Assembly (NCBI GenBank): GCA_964361495.1
Contig: CAYIAH010000003.1
Span: 1-60,129, forward strand
DNA: 60,129 nt
Reading direction: 5' to 3'
Source of the DNA: an uncultured Candidatus Saccharibacteria bacterium
GTDB taxonomy: Bacteria; Patescibacteriota; Minisyncoccia; Sungbacterales; HO2-52-23
The notes beneath the pieces were generated by a model. That model made no database searches and was not told the DNA's origin. It saw only the letters and a program-made list of their open reading frames with translations. The stretch's first letter is position 1, and every line of letters starts with the position of its first letter. Positions 45,963-56,299 of this stretch are shown piece after piece. The position numbers were made by a program, and so were the translations under genes.

Positions 45963-47365
45963 TTTTTCAAAAGAAGTTCAATAATTTCTTCCGCAGTACT
46001 CCGGCTACGAACTGGACACATGGTCCGGCGCATCAATGCCCGGCCGTCTCTATCCAGAGACGGATTATCAAGATATTTTTTAATCGCGGCGTACAGATCA
46101 TCAAACGTGCGCGTGACCCGAATTCCGCCTGTCGCATACACATCCTGAAAATGGGTGAATCCTTCAAATCTACGGACGGAGCGATGAAAAGGTCTTGCGC
46201 GATGTCCATCAAATCCGATCGCGATGAGCGGCCGATCAAAAAGCGCGACCTCAAGTGCGGCTGTGCTGAATGCAGAAAGCACTACGTCCGCGTGCGCCAT
46301 CAAATTAAGCAGTTCTCTGGTGCCGGGAAGATCGTGCCATGATTCGCGCTGATAAAAAACCACGCGCGGATGGGTTTTGAATCCTTCAAATTTTTTTATG
46401 TCAAAATCGCGATCGCGCAGACGCCCGCCAAGATACGGACGGATTACCAGCCGCACGTCATGCGGCAAGAATCGTCCTTCATCAATCCAGCGAAGCACTT
46501 CCTCAATGACGTCCGGCTCGTCAGGACAATAGACGCTTCCGGAAATATAGAGAAGATATTTCGTATCCCTCGGAAACCCGATTGAAGATAAAAGGGCGCT
46601 GCGCGGGATAAGATATTCTTTGCTATTGATAAAATCAAAATGCGGATATCCGATCACCATAATCTCGGCTGGTCTATAACCCTGAAGACGCACCGCGGCA
46701 TCCCGAATGTGGTTATTTTGCGCAAAGAACAAATCAGTCCGTACCGGCATGAAATATTTATCAATGTGATCCCAATTTGCCGTCATCCCGACGGTTTTTA
46801 TCCCATGCGCTTTCGCGTCGCGAGCGCATACTGTATCAAACCATCCGTAAAGATTCGGAACAAACACAAGATCAGGATGATATGTATGCAGTACATCCGA
46901 AAAGGGTTCCGCGGGAAACAGATAGTCAAAAAGCGCGGGTACCGCTTTTTGTGTAATAAATGAAGACCTCCCAAATGTCTCGGCAATCGCGGCCTTCATG
47001 GGCGCAAGATACCTGCTTCCCGCGAACATCTCATCAGGGCGAGTTCCCATCGTCGCGAGAAGCCGCGTCGTGCTCGTGTAAATAAGATACGAGTAGAAGA
47101 ACCGAAAAAGCCGCGCAACGATTCCTTGCGGCGCAGGGACACTGACGTAGTCAATAAAAATTTGTTCCGGAAAACGGCGAATCATGGACGCGCACCACGG
47201 CCCATACTTTTCTTTATAGTAATCGGGCATCACGACAACCGCACGGAATGATTTTTCTTTATCTGCCGCGCACAGTGCGCCTAACTTTTCCCAGAAACTC
47301 CCCGGAAAGAGAAAAAAATTCTTAAAGACCGGCTGCGATGAAAGCGTGATGATAAAAGTATTCAT
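45950..47365 (-). CDS. TagB/TagF-like GT-B transferase, paralog 2 (most divergent)
   Basis: IGYPHFD, KYLLYISG and ADVVLSAFSTAALEVALFDRPLIAIGF. Same motif order as the other three paralogs. Confidence 0.5.
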   Translation of the reverse strand: MNTFIITLSSQPVFKNFFLFPGSFWEKLGALCAADKEKSFRAVVVMPDYYKEKYGPWCASMIRRFPEQIFIDYVSVPAPQGIVARLFRFFYSYLIYTSTTRLLATMGTRPDEMFAGSRYLAPMKAAIAETFGRSSFITQKAVPALFDYLFPAEPFSDVLHTYHPDLVFVPNLYGWFDTVCARDAKAHGIKTVGMTANWDHIDKYFMPVRTDLFFAQNNHIRDAAVRLQGYRPAEIMVIGYPHFDFINSKEYLIPRSALLSSIGFPRDTKYLLYISGSVYCPDEPDVIEEVLRWIDEGRFLPHDVRLVIRPYLGGRLRDRDFDIKKFEGFKTHPRVVFYQRESWHDLPGTRELLNLMAHADVVLSAFSTAALEVALFDRPLIAIGFDGHRARPFHRSVRRFEGFTHFQDVYATGGIRVTRTFDDLYAAIKKYLDNPSLDRDGRALMRRTMCPVRSRSTAEEIIELLLKNCQV

Positions 47366-48774
47366 AGAGTTCGTGACTCGCGGGATAACGTCCGCAACTC
47401 CAAGGCATCAAGAAGCGCATGCGCGAGGCGTTCGGCAGAACGTCCGTCCATATATTCGCACTGCTCGGCAACAATTTTTTTTCTCCCTTCGCCAAGATCA
47501 GACGGATCGCGAAGCGCCCGATTCACCGCTTCTAATAATTCTTCACGGCTTTTGACAAGCCGTATGCCGTTCAGTTTTTTTATATCGGCAAGATGGTTCC
47601 AATCAAAAAAGCGCGAGGCAGAATCCCAGTACTTGCGCGGCCGCGCGCCGTCAAAACCGATACCGATAAGCGGCTTATCAAAAATCGCCGCTTCAATGAA
47701 AAATGTTGAATACATAGTGAGCACGCAATCCGCGTGGGCGAGACTGTTCGTAATCAGCGACAAAGCCGCATGATCAAATTCCCAGCTCTCCGCTCCATCC
47801 CCCACATGCGCCACCGGAGATGCGACAAGAAATCCGTACTTCTCGCGCAACCGTTCAAGCTTCTCGAGCGGAAAGTCGTATCGCGGATAAGGCCGAAGAA
47901 GCACCTGAACGTTGTCCGATATTTCTTTTTTCTGGAGCGCGTCATACAGCATCTCTATAATTTCAAATTCTATTTCGAGGCCGGCTTTCCCCGAAAAAGC
48001 GTATAGTATTAATTTCTTTGCAGGATCTGCGCCGATTTTTTTAAAAAATTCAGCGCGCTCCTCCATCCCTTCGCGGCGAAAATGCCGATCATACTGCGGC
48101 ACGCCGACGATGAAACTCTTGCCACGCGGAAAATCTCCAAAACGCTCTGCTGCGTCTCTCACATACCGCGTCTGAACGAACAAGAGGTCTGGATGAACAC
48201 GAAGCAGGGTTTTACTGAAAAGATTGTCCCATGAAAGAACCATTCCTGCGGTTTTTATTTTGCGGCGGCGCGCCTCCCGCAGAAATGCGTAATCACGACC
48301 GATCATTGTCGGACAAAAAAGAAGATCGGGCGCATAGCGATCAAAAATCCGGGAAACCCCCGCATTGGAGAAGAAAAGGTAGAATCGGCGCACAGCGCCG
48401 CGCCACCACGAATATCTGCCCGCATGCCATAATGCGCGTCTCAACAAAAAGAGCGGGATTTTGCGCGCGATCGCCCTCGCCGACTTCTCACGCGACATGT
48501 CCCAATGCTGCAGCATATTTTCCGTGCGGGAATGAATGCTTGAGGTTTCGATCAATTTAAAAAAGCGTTCAATGCATGTTTCCTTCGTCTCAGAAATTTC
48601 CTCAAATATAAAAGATGCCGATGAAAATTCTTTTCGATAATAATCAACTTTTTCCCGGGTTGCGAGAAATACGACGCGCACATCGGACGCCGCCTGAAGA
48701 ATCCGACGCGCATCCGTCCGGAGAAACGTCCGCACGAAAAAATTACTGGTGATGGGAATTAAGATAGTTTTCAT
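47362..48774 (-). CDS. TagB/TagF-like GT-B transferase, paralog 3
   Basis: VGVPQYD, KKLILYAF and ADCVLTMYSTFFIEAAIFDKPLIGIGF. The ATG at 48774 (MKTILIPIT) is preferred over the TTG at 48798. Confidence 0.55.
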   Translation of the reverse strand: MKTILIPITSNFFVRTFLRTDARRILQAASDVRVVFLATREKVDYYRKEFSSASFIFEEISETKETCIERFFKLIETSSIHSRTENMLQHWDMSREKSARAIARKIPLFLLRRALWHAGRYSWWRGAVRRFYLFFSNAGVSRIFDRYAPDLLFCPTMIGRDYAFLREARRRKIKTAGMVLSWDNLFSKTLLRVHPDLLFVQTRYVRDAAERFGDFPRGKSFIVGVPQYDRHFRREGMEERAEFFKKIGADPAKKLILYAFSGKAGLEIEFEIIEMLYDALQKKEISDNVQVLLRPYPRYDFPLEKLERLREKYGFLVASPVAHVGDGAESWEFDHAALSLITNSLAHADCVLTMYSTFFIEAAIFDKPLIGIGFDGARPRKYWDSASRFFDWNHLADIKKLNGIRLVKSREELLEAVNRALRDPSDLGEGRKKIVAEQCEYMDGRSAERLAHALLDALELRTLSRESRTL

Positions 48775-48784
48775 ATTATAATTT

Positions 48785-50134
48785 CTAAGAACGGTCAAGC
48801 ATATTCAAAAGTTCGCCGGCCATACGCGCGCCCGCATGCCCGTCCGCATGGGAAAACCACAACGCCCGGCCGCGCGCTCTTCCCTCTCGATCGCGATCGG
48901 GATTTTTAAGATAGTCGTCAATGGCTCCAAGAAACGTTTCTTTCGTCCCGGCATAGCGCACCGCGCCCGTGGCGAGAAGTTTCTGAATGTGCAGATCCCC
49001 ATAGCGCCACGCGGTGTCAAAAAACGGCCGCGGCGTCGGATAGATATTCACCGCAATCACCGGCTTGTCAAAAAAGATGCCGTCCAGACAAATGCTTGTC
49101 GGACCAGTGATCACAAGGTCCGCGTGCGCGAGCATTACAGCAAGACGTTCATCGTCTTCGGGACGGATCTCGCGATCTCCCACTTCTTTGTCCTTAAATA
49201 CAAATCCAGGCCGGTCAAACGCCATATGCCGCGGCGGTACGAAACCGTCGAGCGTCACGCCTTTTTCCGGCGGAAATCGGACAAGAATTGACGCATCCCG
49301 AACCTCGCTCAAAAGGTTCAAAATATATTGATCCGCGTCATTCTTGCGAATAAGCGCGTTGCTTATGGGCGCATAGACAATGAGTTTTTTTAACGGATCA
49401 AGTCCGTATTCCCGGCATAACTCTTCTCGCGATTGCCGGATGGAACTGGATTGATACCCGTCATAATGGGGATTTCCAGTGATCACCGCGCGAGATCGGG
49501 GATACCGATGAAACCGATCCAGCTCCTGCCGAAGCGTCTCCGATCCGACAAGAAGCGTGTCCGGGAAAATCCGCAAAATCCGCAAGGTGAGATTATCCCA
49601 CGAGCGCACCATGCCAACCGTGCGCACCCCGAATCGGCGCGCATCCTGCATCAAAGCCACATCATTTTCATTTTGTACATCGGTCGAAAAAATGAGGTTC
49701 GGATGATACTTCCGAAGGAGCGGCTCAAAAATCCCGCGCGGCGAAAACCGGTAATCCAGCGCGCGCACGCGCGCGCGGATAAAAAATAATCGTCCGATGG
49801 CCCCGAGGGACAATCCCAGAGCGAACTGCAGCGGTTTTTTATTCACGTGATACTGGTACCGCTTGAGATTTCGGGCGCTTCTTGAATCAAAAAGAAACAT
49901 GCCGAGTTTCTTAAAAAAAAGTCCCCGAAACAAGCGTGATGCCTGATAGGGCTTTACGCCCTCAATCATCACATTAGGTCCGCCGAATTGTTCTCGGAAG
50001 TATGCGCTCTTATACTCCGGCACTACGATCACAATCTGTAGACGTTTCTCGGCGCGAAGAATCCGAAATGCTTCGGTTGAAAGAATGTTTCTCGAAATAT
50101 GAGGATGAAAACTGGTGATAAAAATTGTTTTCAT
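48785..50134 (-). CDS. TagB/TagF-like GT-B transferase, paralog 4
   Basis: TGNPHYD, KKLIVYAP and ADLVITGPTSICLDGIFFDKPVIAV. This paralog is the closest to the canonical TagF motifs. Confidence 0.55.
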   Translation of the reverse strand: MKTIFITSFHPHISRNILSTEAFRILRAEKRLQIVIVVPEYKSAYFREQFGGPNVMIEGVKPYQASRLFRGLFFKKLGMFLFDSRSARNLKRYQYHVNKKPLQFALGLSLGAIGRLFFIRARVRALDYRFSPRGIFEPLLRKYHPNLIFSTDVQNENDVALMQDARRFGVRTVGMVRSWDNLTLRILRIFPDTLLVGSETLRQELDRFHRYPRSRAVITGNPHYDGYQSSSIRQSREELCREYGLDPLKKLIVYAPISNALIRKNDADQYILNLLSEVRDASILVRFPPEKGVTLDGFVPPRHMAFDRPGFVFKDKEVGDREIRPEDDERLAVMLAHADLVITGPTSICLDGIFFDKPVIAVNIYPTPRPFFDTAWRYGDLHIQKLLATGAVRYAGTKETFLGAIDDYLKNPDRDREGRARGRALWFSHADGHAGARMAGELLNMLDRS

Positions 50135-51327
50135 AGAGAACCGGAATTGACAATCGCGGCATTGAACAATTCAAGCATCGCGTCAGCATACTGCGGCCAT
50201 GAGATATGTTTCTCAACAAATGCCCGGCCGTTTCTGCTTATCTGCATGTATAACGCCGGATTGCTGATTAATTCCTCAACCGCCGCCGCAATGCCACGCG
50301 GGTCTTTTGGCTCAATAAGGAACGCATTCACTCCGTCAGTTAAAACTTCATGGGCGCCCGCACTGCGGGATACGATCGCCGGCGTCCCGCACGCCATTGC
50401 TTCAAACACCGCCATGCCCCATGACTGCAGATGACACGGAAATACGAATGCGCCGCTCTCCTGATAATATCGGACCAGTTCCGATTCAGACACCACGCCC
50501 GCGAAACGTACCGCCTCCTGCAGTCCAAGGTCGCTACGCAATGCGATCAGTTTTTCAAAGTAGGGATCCCGAGGCGAATACCCTCCCACAATCGTACAGA
50601 AAGTTCTATACCCGCGCTGAGAGAGCATCTTCACTGCGGTAATCAAATCCTCAAAACGGCGGTGGGGAAAGAGAATCCCTACGGCAAGCAGATTTAATTT
50701 TTTATCTTTTATCGGCGGAAGCGGCCGGTAAGGAAACCGAGGGAGGTCAAGACCGCTTCGCACCACGGTCGCCTCCTTGCCGAAAAATTGCCGCACCCAT
50801 TCACGGTCGCGATTATCAAGCACCGCAATCGCATCTTGCGCTCTAATTGCGGTACCAATATCATAGCGATCGTACACACGCCGTATCCATTTTCTGAACG
50901 GAGAGACCCGCCGCCTCAATCCGCACTCGCGTTCGCGCCAGTACCCCCACGTTTTCGTCGGCATATCGTTCATCATCCATACCGAAGGAATGTTCCGTAC
51001 ATACTTTTTGAAATAATACGCAACGCGATAACTCACCTGATCATGCGGATTCAGAAGCTCCGTATCGCGTGCGATCAGTGCGGCGAGGCGCCGGGAAACG
51101 CGGCACTCGTTCCAGAAATCAATCAGCGCGTTCCGGCTTTTTGGGTAGGCGCCGAGCGGAACCACGGACAGTCCTTGCAACAGTTCGGCATTCGCTCCTT
51201 CGCCGCGAAGAAAAGTATAGACGACCACATGGTGACCTCGTTTTTTAAGATTCTGCGCGAAAAAAAGGGCTTGCCTCTGCGTGCCGCCCTCTACATTGAG
51301 TCGCCGGATGATTAATGCAATCTTCAT
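50131..51327 (-). CDS. GT4 glycosyltransferase
   Basis: [19 protein letters not shown]-terminus and the [22 protein letters not shown]7E region. Confidence 0.8.
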   Translation of the reverse strand: MKIALIIRRLNVEGGTQRQALFFAQNLKKRGHHVVVYTFLRGEGANAELLQGLSVVPLGAYPKSRNALIDFWNECRVSRRLAALIARDTELLNPHDQVSYRVAYYFKKYVRNIPSVWMMNDMPTKTWGYWRERECGLRRRVSPFRKWIRRVYDRYDIGTAIRAQDAIAVLDNRDREWVRQFFGKEATVVRSGLDLPRFPYRPLPPIKDKKLNLLAVGILFPHRRFEDLITAVKMLSQRGYRTFCTIVGGYSPRDPYFEKLIALRSDLGLQEAVRFAGVVSESELVRYYQESGAFVFPCHLQSWGMAVFEAMACGTPAIVSRSAGAHEVLTDGVNAFLIEPKDPRGIAAAVEELISNPALYMQISRNGRAFVEKHISWPQYADAMLELFNAAIVNSGSL

Positions 51328-52322
51328 GATTCGCGGATCCTCTGCGGAGTATATAACTTCATATCGCTGTCCGTCATCATTCGTACTAACTCCTTAAAGC
51401 TCACTTTGGGTTTCCACCCGAGCTCCCGGCGCGCGCGGCGCGCATCGGCGCAAAGATGCACCACCTCCGCCGGGCGCACGAACGCCTTATCCATTTTCAC
51501 ATATTTTTTCCAGTCAAGATCAAGATAGCTGAATGTTTCTTCAACAAATTCCCGGACGCTATGCGACTCACCCGTCCCGATCACATAATCTTTCCCACAC
51601 GCCCCTTGAAGCATGAGCCACATCGCCCGAACATAGTCACCCGCGAATCCCCAGTCGCGTTCGGCATCAAGATTTCCAAGACGCAGTTCTCTCTCCATGC
51701 CATGTTTAATTCGTGCCGCCGTACTGGTAATTTTGCGCGTGACAAACTCAAGCCCCCTGCGCGGGCTTTCATGATTAAAAAGTATTCCCGAGACCGCATA
51801 CATTCCATACGACTCGCGATAGTTAACCGTCATCCAATGGCCGTACAGTTTCGCGACCCCATAAGGACTTCGCGGATAGAAGGGCGTCTTCTCATTCTGC
51901 GGCAACTCTTTCGCGCCTCCGAACATTTCGCTGGAACTTGCCTGATAAAATTTTATTTTCGGATTTACTTGGCGAATCGCCTCCAGCACCCGGGTCACCC
52001 CAAGCCCCGTCACCTCGCCCGTATAGACGGGCTGCTTCCACGAGTCGCCGACAAACGACTGCGCCGCGAGGTTATACACTTCATCCGGCTCGGCCTCCTT
52101 AATCGCGTGCACGAGCGACGCTTCGTCGAGAACATCCCCGGAAACCAGCTCAATTTTTTCCTGAATATGTTCAATATTCTTTCTGTTTTTCTGGCTCAAC
52201 CGACGCTCCAGTCCAACGACGCGATAATTTTTTGACAATAAAAACTCTGCAAGATACGAGCCGTCCTGCCCGAGAATACCGGTGACAAATGCGGTCTTTT
52301 TACTTCTTTTCGGTTTTTGCAT
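51324..52322 (-). CDS. gmd: GDP-mannose 4,6-dehydratase
   Basis: [26 protein letters not shown] and FNHESPRRG. Confidence 0.9.
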   Translation of the reverse strand: MQKPKRSKKTAFVTGILGQDGSYLAEFLLSKNYRVVGLERRLSQKNRKNIEHIQEKIELVSGDVLDEASLVHAIKEAEPDEVYNLAAQSFVGDSWKQPVYTGEVTGLGVTRVLEAIRQVNPKIKFYQASSSEMFGGAKELPQNEKTPFYPRSPYGVAKLYGHWMTVNYRESYGMYAVSGILFNHESPRRGLEFVTRKITSTAARIKHGMERELRLGNLDAERDWGFAGDYVRAMWLMLQGACGKDYVIGTGESHSVREFVEETFSYLDLDWKKYVKMDKAFVRPAEVVHLCADARRARRELGWKPKVSFKELVRMMTDSDMKLYTPQRIRES

Positions 52323-52353
52323 ATAGTAACAGTGAACGCATAGCTACTATACC

Positions 52354-52920
52354 ATGAATCACAAAAAACTCAATATCGGGTGCGGGACCGACATCAAGCC
52401 CGGCTGGATAAATCTGGACTCCGCAAAACTCCCGGGCGTGGATGTTATTCATGATATTCAAAAACTGCCGCTTCCGTTCCGCAACGATGAATTTGATGAA
52501 ATCCTCTGTCAGGATGTCCTGGAACACATTGAGTATATTCCGGTACTGCGCGATCTCTATCGGATTCTAAAAACGGGCGGCTCGATCACCATACGCGTTC
52601 CCCACTTCACGTCAAAATTTAATTTTATTGATCCCACGCACAAAAAACTGTTTTCCATAAACACGTTCGATTTTTTTGTTGACCGTTCGCCCACAAAAAG
52701 CAACCATATCGCGCGGGAGCAAAACTATTATTTCGATTTCCGTTTTCACCGGATCGGGGCGCAAAAAATAACTTTTGAAAAAAGCTCCCGCTTTTTCGCA
52801 TACAACCGTCTCGTGGAGTGGTTCGTCAATCGTTCCCCAAGAATACGGCAACGCTACGAGTCCACGTTTCTTTCGCGTCTTTTTCCTGCCGAGAATATCA
52901 TCGTAGAACTTGTGAAGTAA
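52354..52920 (+). CDS. SAM-dependent methyltransferase (Methyltransf_11-like)
   Basis: LNIGCGTDIKPGWINLD and CQDVLEHI. A plus-strand gene embedded in a minus-strand run. Its 3' end overlaps the convergent GT4 gene by 23 nt. Confidence 0.75.
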   Translation: MNHKKLNIGCGTDIKPGWINLDSAKLPGVDVIHDIQKLPLPFRNDEFDEILCQDVLEHIEYIPVLRDLYRILKTGGSITIRVPHFTSKFNFIDPTHKKLFSINTFDFFVDRSPTKSNHIAREQNYYFDFRFHRIGAQKITFEKSSRFFAYNRLVEWFVNRSPRIRQRYESTFLSRLFPAENIIVELVK

Positions 52921-54019
52921 CAGGAAACGCCCGCATCTGTTGGTATACGTCAACATACTCTTCTATCCGCTGCTCCCATCCGGAAGCGCGCGCAAATGCA
53001 CGCGAGCGCATTCCCATCTCCTTTTTTAATTTCTCATCGCATAAAATCGCGAGAATCGCGTCCGCAAAATCGTCCGCACTGCGCGTCGGGACAAGAATTC
53101 CGTTCTCACCGTCGCGCACTGCGTCGTCAATGCCGCAGTTTTTACTCCCGACCACCGGCAGCCCCGCTGCGGCGGCTTCGAGAAAGACCTGGCCGAATCC
53201 TTCAACATCATGATTGACATTCTGTGAAAAAAGACAGAAGAGTTCCGCCTCGCGATAGACATCGGCGAGCTCTTCGCGCGTCGCAACATCTTCAAGAATA
53301 AATACGCGGCCCTCAAGGTGTAATTCCTTGATGAGGGCGCAAAGACGCATATAGTAATCTTCTTTATATTTCTTTCCCACAATGACGTAGTGAAGAGCCG
53401 GAAAACGCGCCGCCACCTTTGCAAACCCGCGGATGCTGAAATGATACCCTTTGCGCCAGCGAAGCTGCCCGACGCTCGCGATATACGGTTTATAGCGCGC
53501 GGCGTCATAGCGGGACGTTTGCGTGTCCCCAAAAAAATCCGCATCCACCCCGGGATTGATCACCTCAATCGCGCGCCTGGGCACCTTTTTTAAAATCTCC
53601 GCACGCGTGAATCGGCTGATCGCGATGACTTTATCGGCGCGCCGCAATGCCCATCGCGCGAGCCGCGCCTGAAAATAATGGTACAAAGGAACAATAGATC
53701 CGCTCCCGATCGCAGTAATAATTATTTTCTTCCCAAGGCCGAGAGAAATGAGCGCGCCCAAAAATCCGTACGGAAACACATCAAACGCATGCACCGCGTC
53801 GCATGTTCGTATACTTCTCCTGATTTCCGGCAAAGCGCGTATCATCCCAAAGATATTCAAAGACAAAATCGGCCGTTCAAACGGCATGCCGGACGGCACC
53901 GCCGCGAAAACAATCACCCGAGCTCCCAACGCCGATTGAAGGCCGCGGATAAGCCGGAGAGAAAATACGCCTCCACCGTTATCCTGCCGCAAATTGTGCG
54001 CCAAAAAACAAATTTTCAT
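52898..54019 (-). CDS. GT4 glycosyltransferase
   Basis: MKICFLAHNLRQDNGGG and EGFGQVFLEAAAAGLPVVGS. The start at 54019 forms an ATGA overlap. Confidence 0.8.
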   Translation of the reverse strand: MKICFLAHNLRQDNGGGVFSLRLIRGLQSALGARVIVFAAVPSGMPFERPILSLNIFGMIRALPEIRRSIRTCDAVHAFDVFPYGFLGALISLGLGKKIIITAIGSGSIVPLYHYFQARLARWALRRADKVIAISRFTRAEILKKVPRRAIEVINPGVDADFFGDTQTSRYDAARYKPYIASVGQLRWRKGYHFSIRGFAKVAARFPALHYVIVGKKYKEDYYMRLCALIKELHLEGRVFILEDVATREELADVYREAELFCLFSQNVNHDVEGFGQVFLEAAAAGLPVVGSKNCGIDDAVRDGENGILVPTRSADDFADAILAILCDEKLKKEMGMRSRAFARASGWEQRIEEYVDVYQQMRAFPVTSQVLR

Positions 54020-55080
54020 AAAAGAATTTTCATACATTCGCGCGCGGCCTTTTCCCATGAAAAAAGGCGGCTTCGCATTCTTCCCTTGCGGATACACTCT
54101 CTGCGCAGCGTCTCGTCCGTCGCAAGACGCACCATCGCCGAAGCGATTTCTTCTTCCGCCAAAGGGTTCACGAGCACCGCGGCATCCCCCGCAAGTTCCG
54201 GCAATGACGACACATTTGAAGTCACCACGGGCGCGCCAGCGCTCATTGCTTCAAGAACCGGGAATCCGAATCCCTCAATGATGCTCGGGAATATGCATGC
54301 AGTCGTCCTCCGGTACAGATACGCGCGTTCGCCGTCAGTCACATAGCCGACAAAATGAATGCGCTGAGCCGCCGCTCCCTCAGACGCCCTACGGCGAAGC
54401 TTTTCCGGATACGCGCCTTCTCCTTTGCCCGCGAGTATAAGATGATGCTGAGGAACACGAGACGCCGCGCGCGCGAACGCTCCGATGATTCGCTCAACAT
54501 TTTTACGCTCTTTGAGCACGCCGACATACAAGAAGAATTTCTCCGGCGCCGCGCATCGCTCTTCAACGATCCCGTCCATATCACGAACCCCCAGATACAC
54601 GACCGAAATTCGCTCATCGCGGATCCCAAAAAACTTTATGATATCTTTCTTTGTCGCCTCGGAGATCGCAATGATGCGATCCGCGCGACGCAGGGATCTC
54701 GCGTGATACCATGTAAGCAACAAGTGACGCGCGAGATCACGAACGCCGCGAGGCCGCTCATAGAGATACGCGAAATCAAGCGCAATCACAACTGATTTTT
54801 GAGGACAAAAAAATAACGGCAGCACGGGGGTGTTGAAAAGATATGCGTCAAGGCGCGGCATCGCGCGCATCCGTTCGCGCCAAAATATGCCTCCGCCGAG
54901 CGTTTCCACACGGACATTTCCGGAAAAATGAGGCGCGAGCTTCCGCGCATCTTTCAAAAATATGGTATATTCGTGCTCCGGATAGGCAGCGATGAGCGAT
55001 CGGGTCAATTCCAAAATCGCCCTGCCGAGTCCCGCAGGTTTTTCTTCGCCGTATGGATGAAGCACAATGCCAATTTTCAT
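54016..55080 (-). CDS. GT4 glycosyltransferase
   Basis: MKIGIVLHPYGEEKPAGLGR and EGFGFPVLEAMSAGAPVVTS. Confidence 0.8.
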   Translation of the reverse strand: MKIGIVLHPYGEEKPAGLGRAILELTRSLIAAYPEHEYTIFLKDARKLAPHFSGNVRVETLGGGIFWRERMRAMPRLDAYLFNTPVLPLFFCPQKSVVIALDFAYLYERPRGVRDLARHLLLTWYHARSLRRADRIIAISEATKKDIIKFFGIRDERISVVYLGVRDMDGIVEERCAAPEKFFLYVGVLKERKNVERIIGAFARAASRVPQHHLILAGKGEGAYPEKLRRRASEGAAAQRIHFVGYVTDGERAYLYRRTTACIFPSIIEGFGFPVLEAMSAGAPVVTSNVSSLPELAGDAAVLVNPLAEEEIASAMVRLATDETLRRECIRKGRMRSRLFSWEKAARECMKILL

Positions 55081-55156
55081 ACAAGGATCTCTATTAAAAT
55101 CTATTTGAAGTCGGACTTCAACAGATGCGAGGCGAGGAGGCGCGCATATACCTTAG

Positions 55157-56299
55157 TTAATTTGCCGCAATAAAATCAAGAATGCTCCGCGCGCGCGCGG
55201 GCCATGCATACGGACGAACCTTCTCATACGCGCGCGCAGTTTTTTCACGGTGGGCCTCCGGATCTACGCGCGTCTCTCCGATCGCGCGGGCGCAATCGGC
55301 CGCATCATCGGGCATATAAAAAATAACTTCTTCATCTGAAACAATCTCTTCATTTGCCGGAGTTCGCGCCGCAACAATCGGCCGATGACTTGCCATATAC
55401 TCAAAAAGTTTCATCGGGGACGTATGGTAATACGAATATTCATGTGCGCGCGTGCCGAGCACCAAAAGCACATCGGCGGCCGCGAGCCACTGCCGCACTT
55501 CTTGATACGGCCGGTGTCCCATGCAAAGTATTGAAGCATTCCCTATAGTGCTTTTTGTGGTCTCCTCAAATTCTTTGCGCGTGCCTCCGACTAAATAAAA
55601 AAACGAGCCGGAAGCGAGGCGTGCCGCCTCCGCAATAATGCCAAGCCCTTTCCATGGATATATTTTCCCGAGATACAGCGCAATAAACCGATCGCGCGGA
55701 ATTCCGAGCGCCGCGCGAGCTTCGCTCTGCGAAGGCATGTCAGAAAAAAAGACAAGATCAATGCCGTTCGGATGCACTCGCACACGATTCTCCGGTATGC
55801 CAAACTCCCGCATGACCGCATATTTAATGCGTTCATTGATGACCACGATGCCCTCGGCGCGACGGAGAAAAAATGCATACAGCATCCCGTACTTCTTCGC
55901 GTCATGAAGCTCGACAAAATACCGTTTTCCCACGAACGGGATGCACGCCCACGAAAATTGATCAATGTCGGTGGTATACACCACTCCTGTGCCGCTTCGA
56001 AGCCGCAACCAGAGAAAATAAAAAAAATACGCGGCCATGAATGTGCAAGAACTCAACCAGAAACCAATCCGTCCGCGATGATACCAATCCAATACCGCGA
56101 GTTTTTTTATGGGAACGGCGGCGCGCAATCCGTAAAAATCCTGAAGCGATTGATTCATCGCGCCCCGCCGCGGCACGATGAGTTCCACATCAACGCCCGC
56201 CTCAATAAACGCCTCGCACATCTTGGCAATTTGAAGTCCGTGCGCGCGTTCGGTCGGCATCCGTGCATTTGCGATATAGTATATTTTTGATCTTGTCAT
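55157..56299 (-). CDS. GT-B glycosyltransferase (GT4-like)
   Basis: YYIANARMPTERAHG N-terminus and the C-terminal SPMKLFEYMASHRPIVAA. Confidence 0.7.
   Translation of the reverse strand: MTRSKIYYIANARMPTERAHGLQIAKMCEAFIEAGVDVELIVPRRGAMNQSLQDFYGLRAAVPIKKLAVLDWYHRGRIGFWLSSCTFMAAYFFYFLWLRLRSGTGVVYTTDIDQFSWACIPFVGKRYFVELHDAKKYGMLYAFFLRRAEGIVVINERIKYAVMREFGIPENRVRVHPNGIDLVFFSDMPSQSEARAALGIPRDRFIALYLGKIYPWKGLGIIAEAARLASGSFFYLVGGTRKEFEETTKSTIGNASILCMGHRPYQEVRQWLAAADVLLVLGTRAHEYSYYHTSPMKLFEYMASHRPIVAARTPANEEIVSDEEVIFYMPDDAADCARAIGETRVDPEAHREKTARAYEKVRPYAWPARARSILDFIAAN

Noticed and set aside
52322-52351. A 7-bp inverted repeat TATAGTA...TACTATA in the 31-bp divergent spacer between gmd and the plus-strand methyltransferase.
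   Set aside because: It is too short to be statistically meaningful. I note only that promoters for both genes must lie largely inside neighbouring coding sequence.
55105-55121. Palindrome TTGAAGTC-g-GACTTCAA between two GT4 genes, considered as a possible terminator or attenuator.
   Set aside because: The stem is short and AT-rich and has no clean U-tract on the minus strand. The 8+8 match is within chance expectation for this window size.
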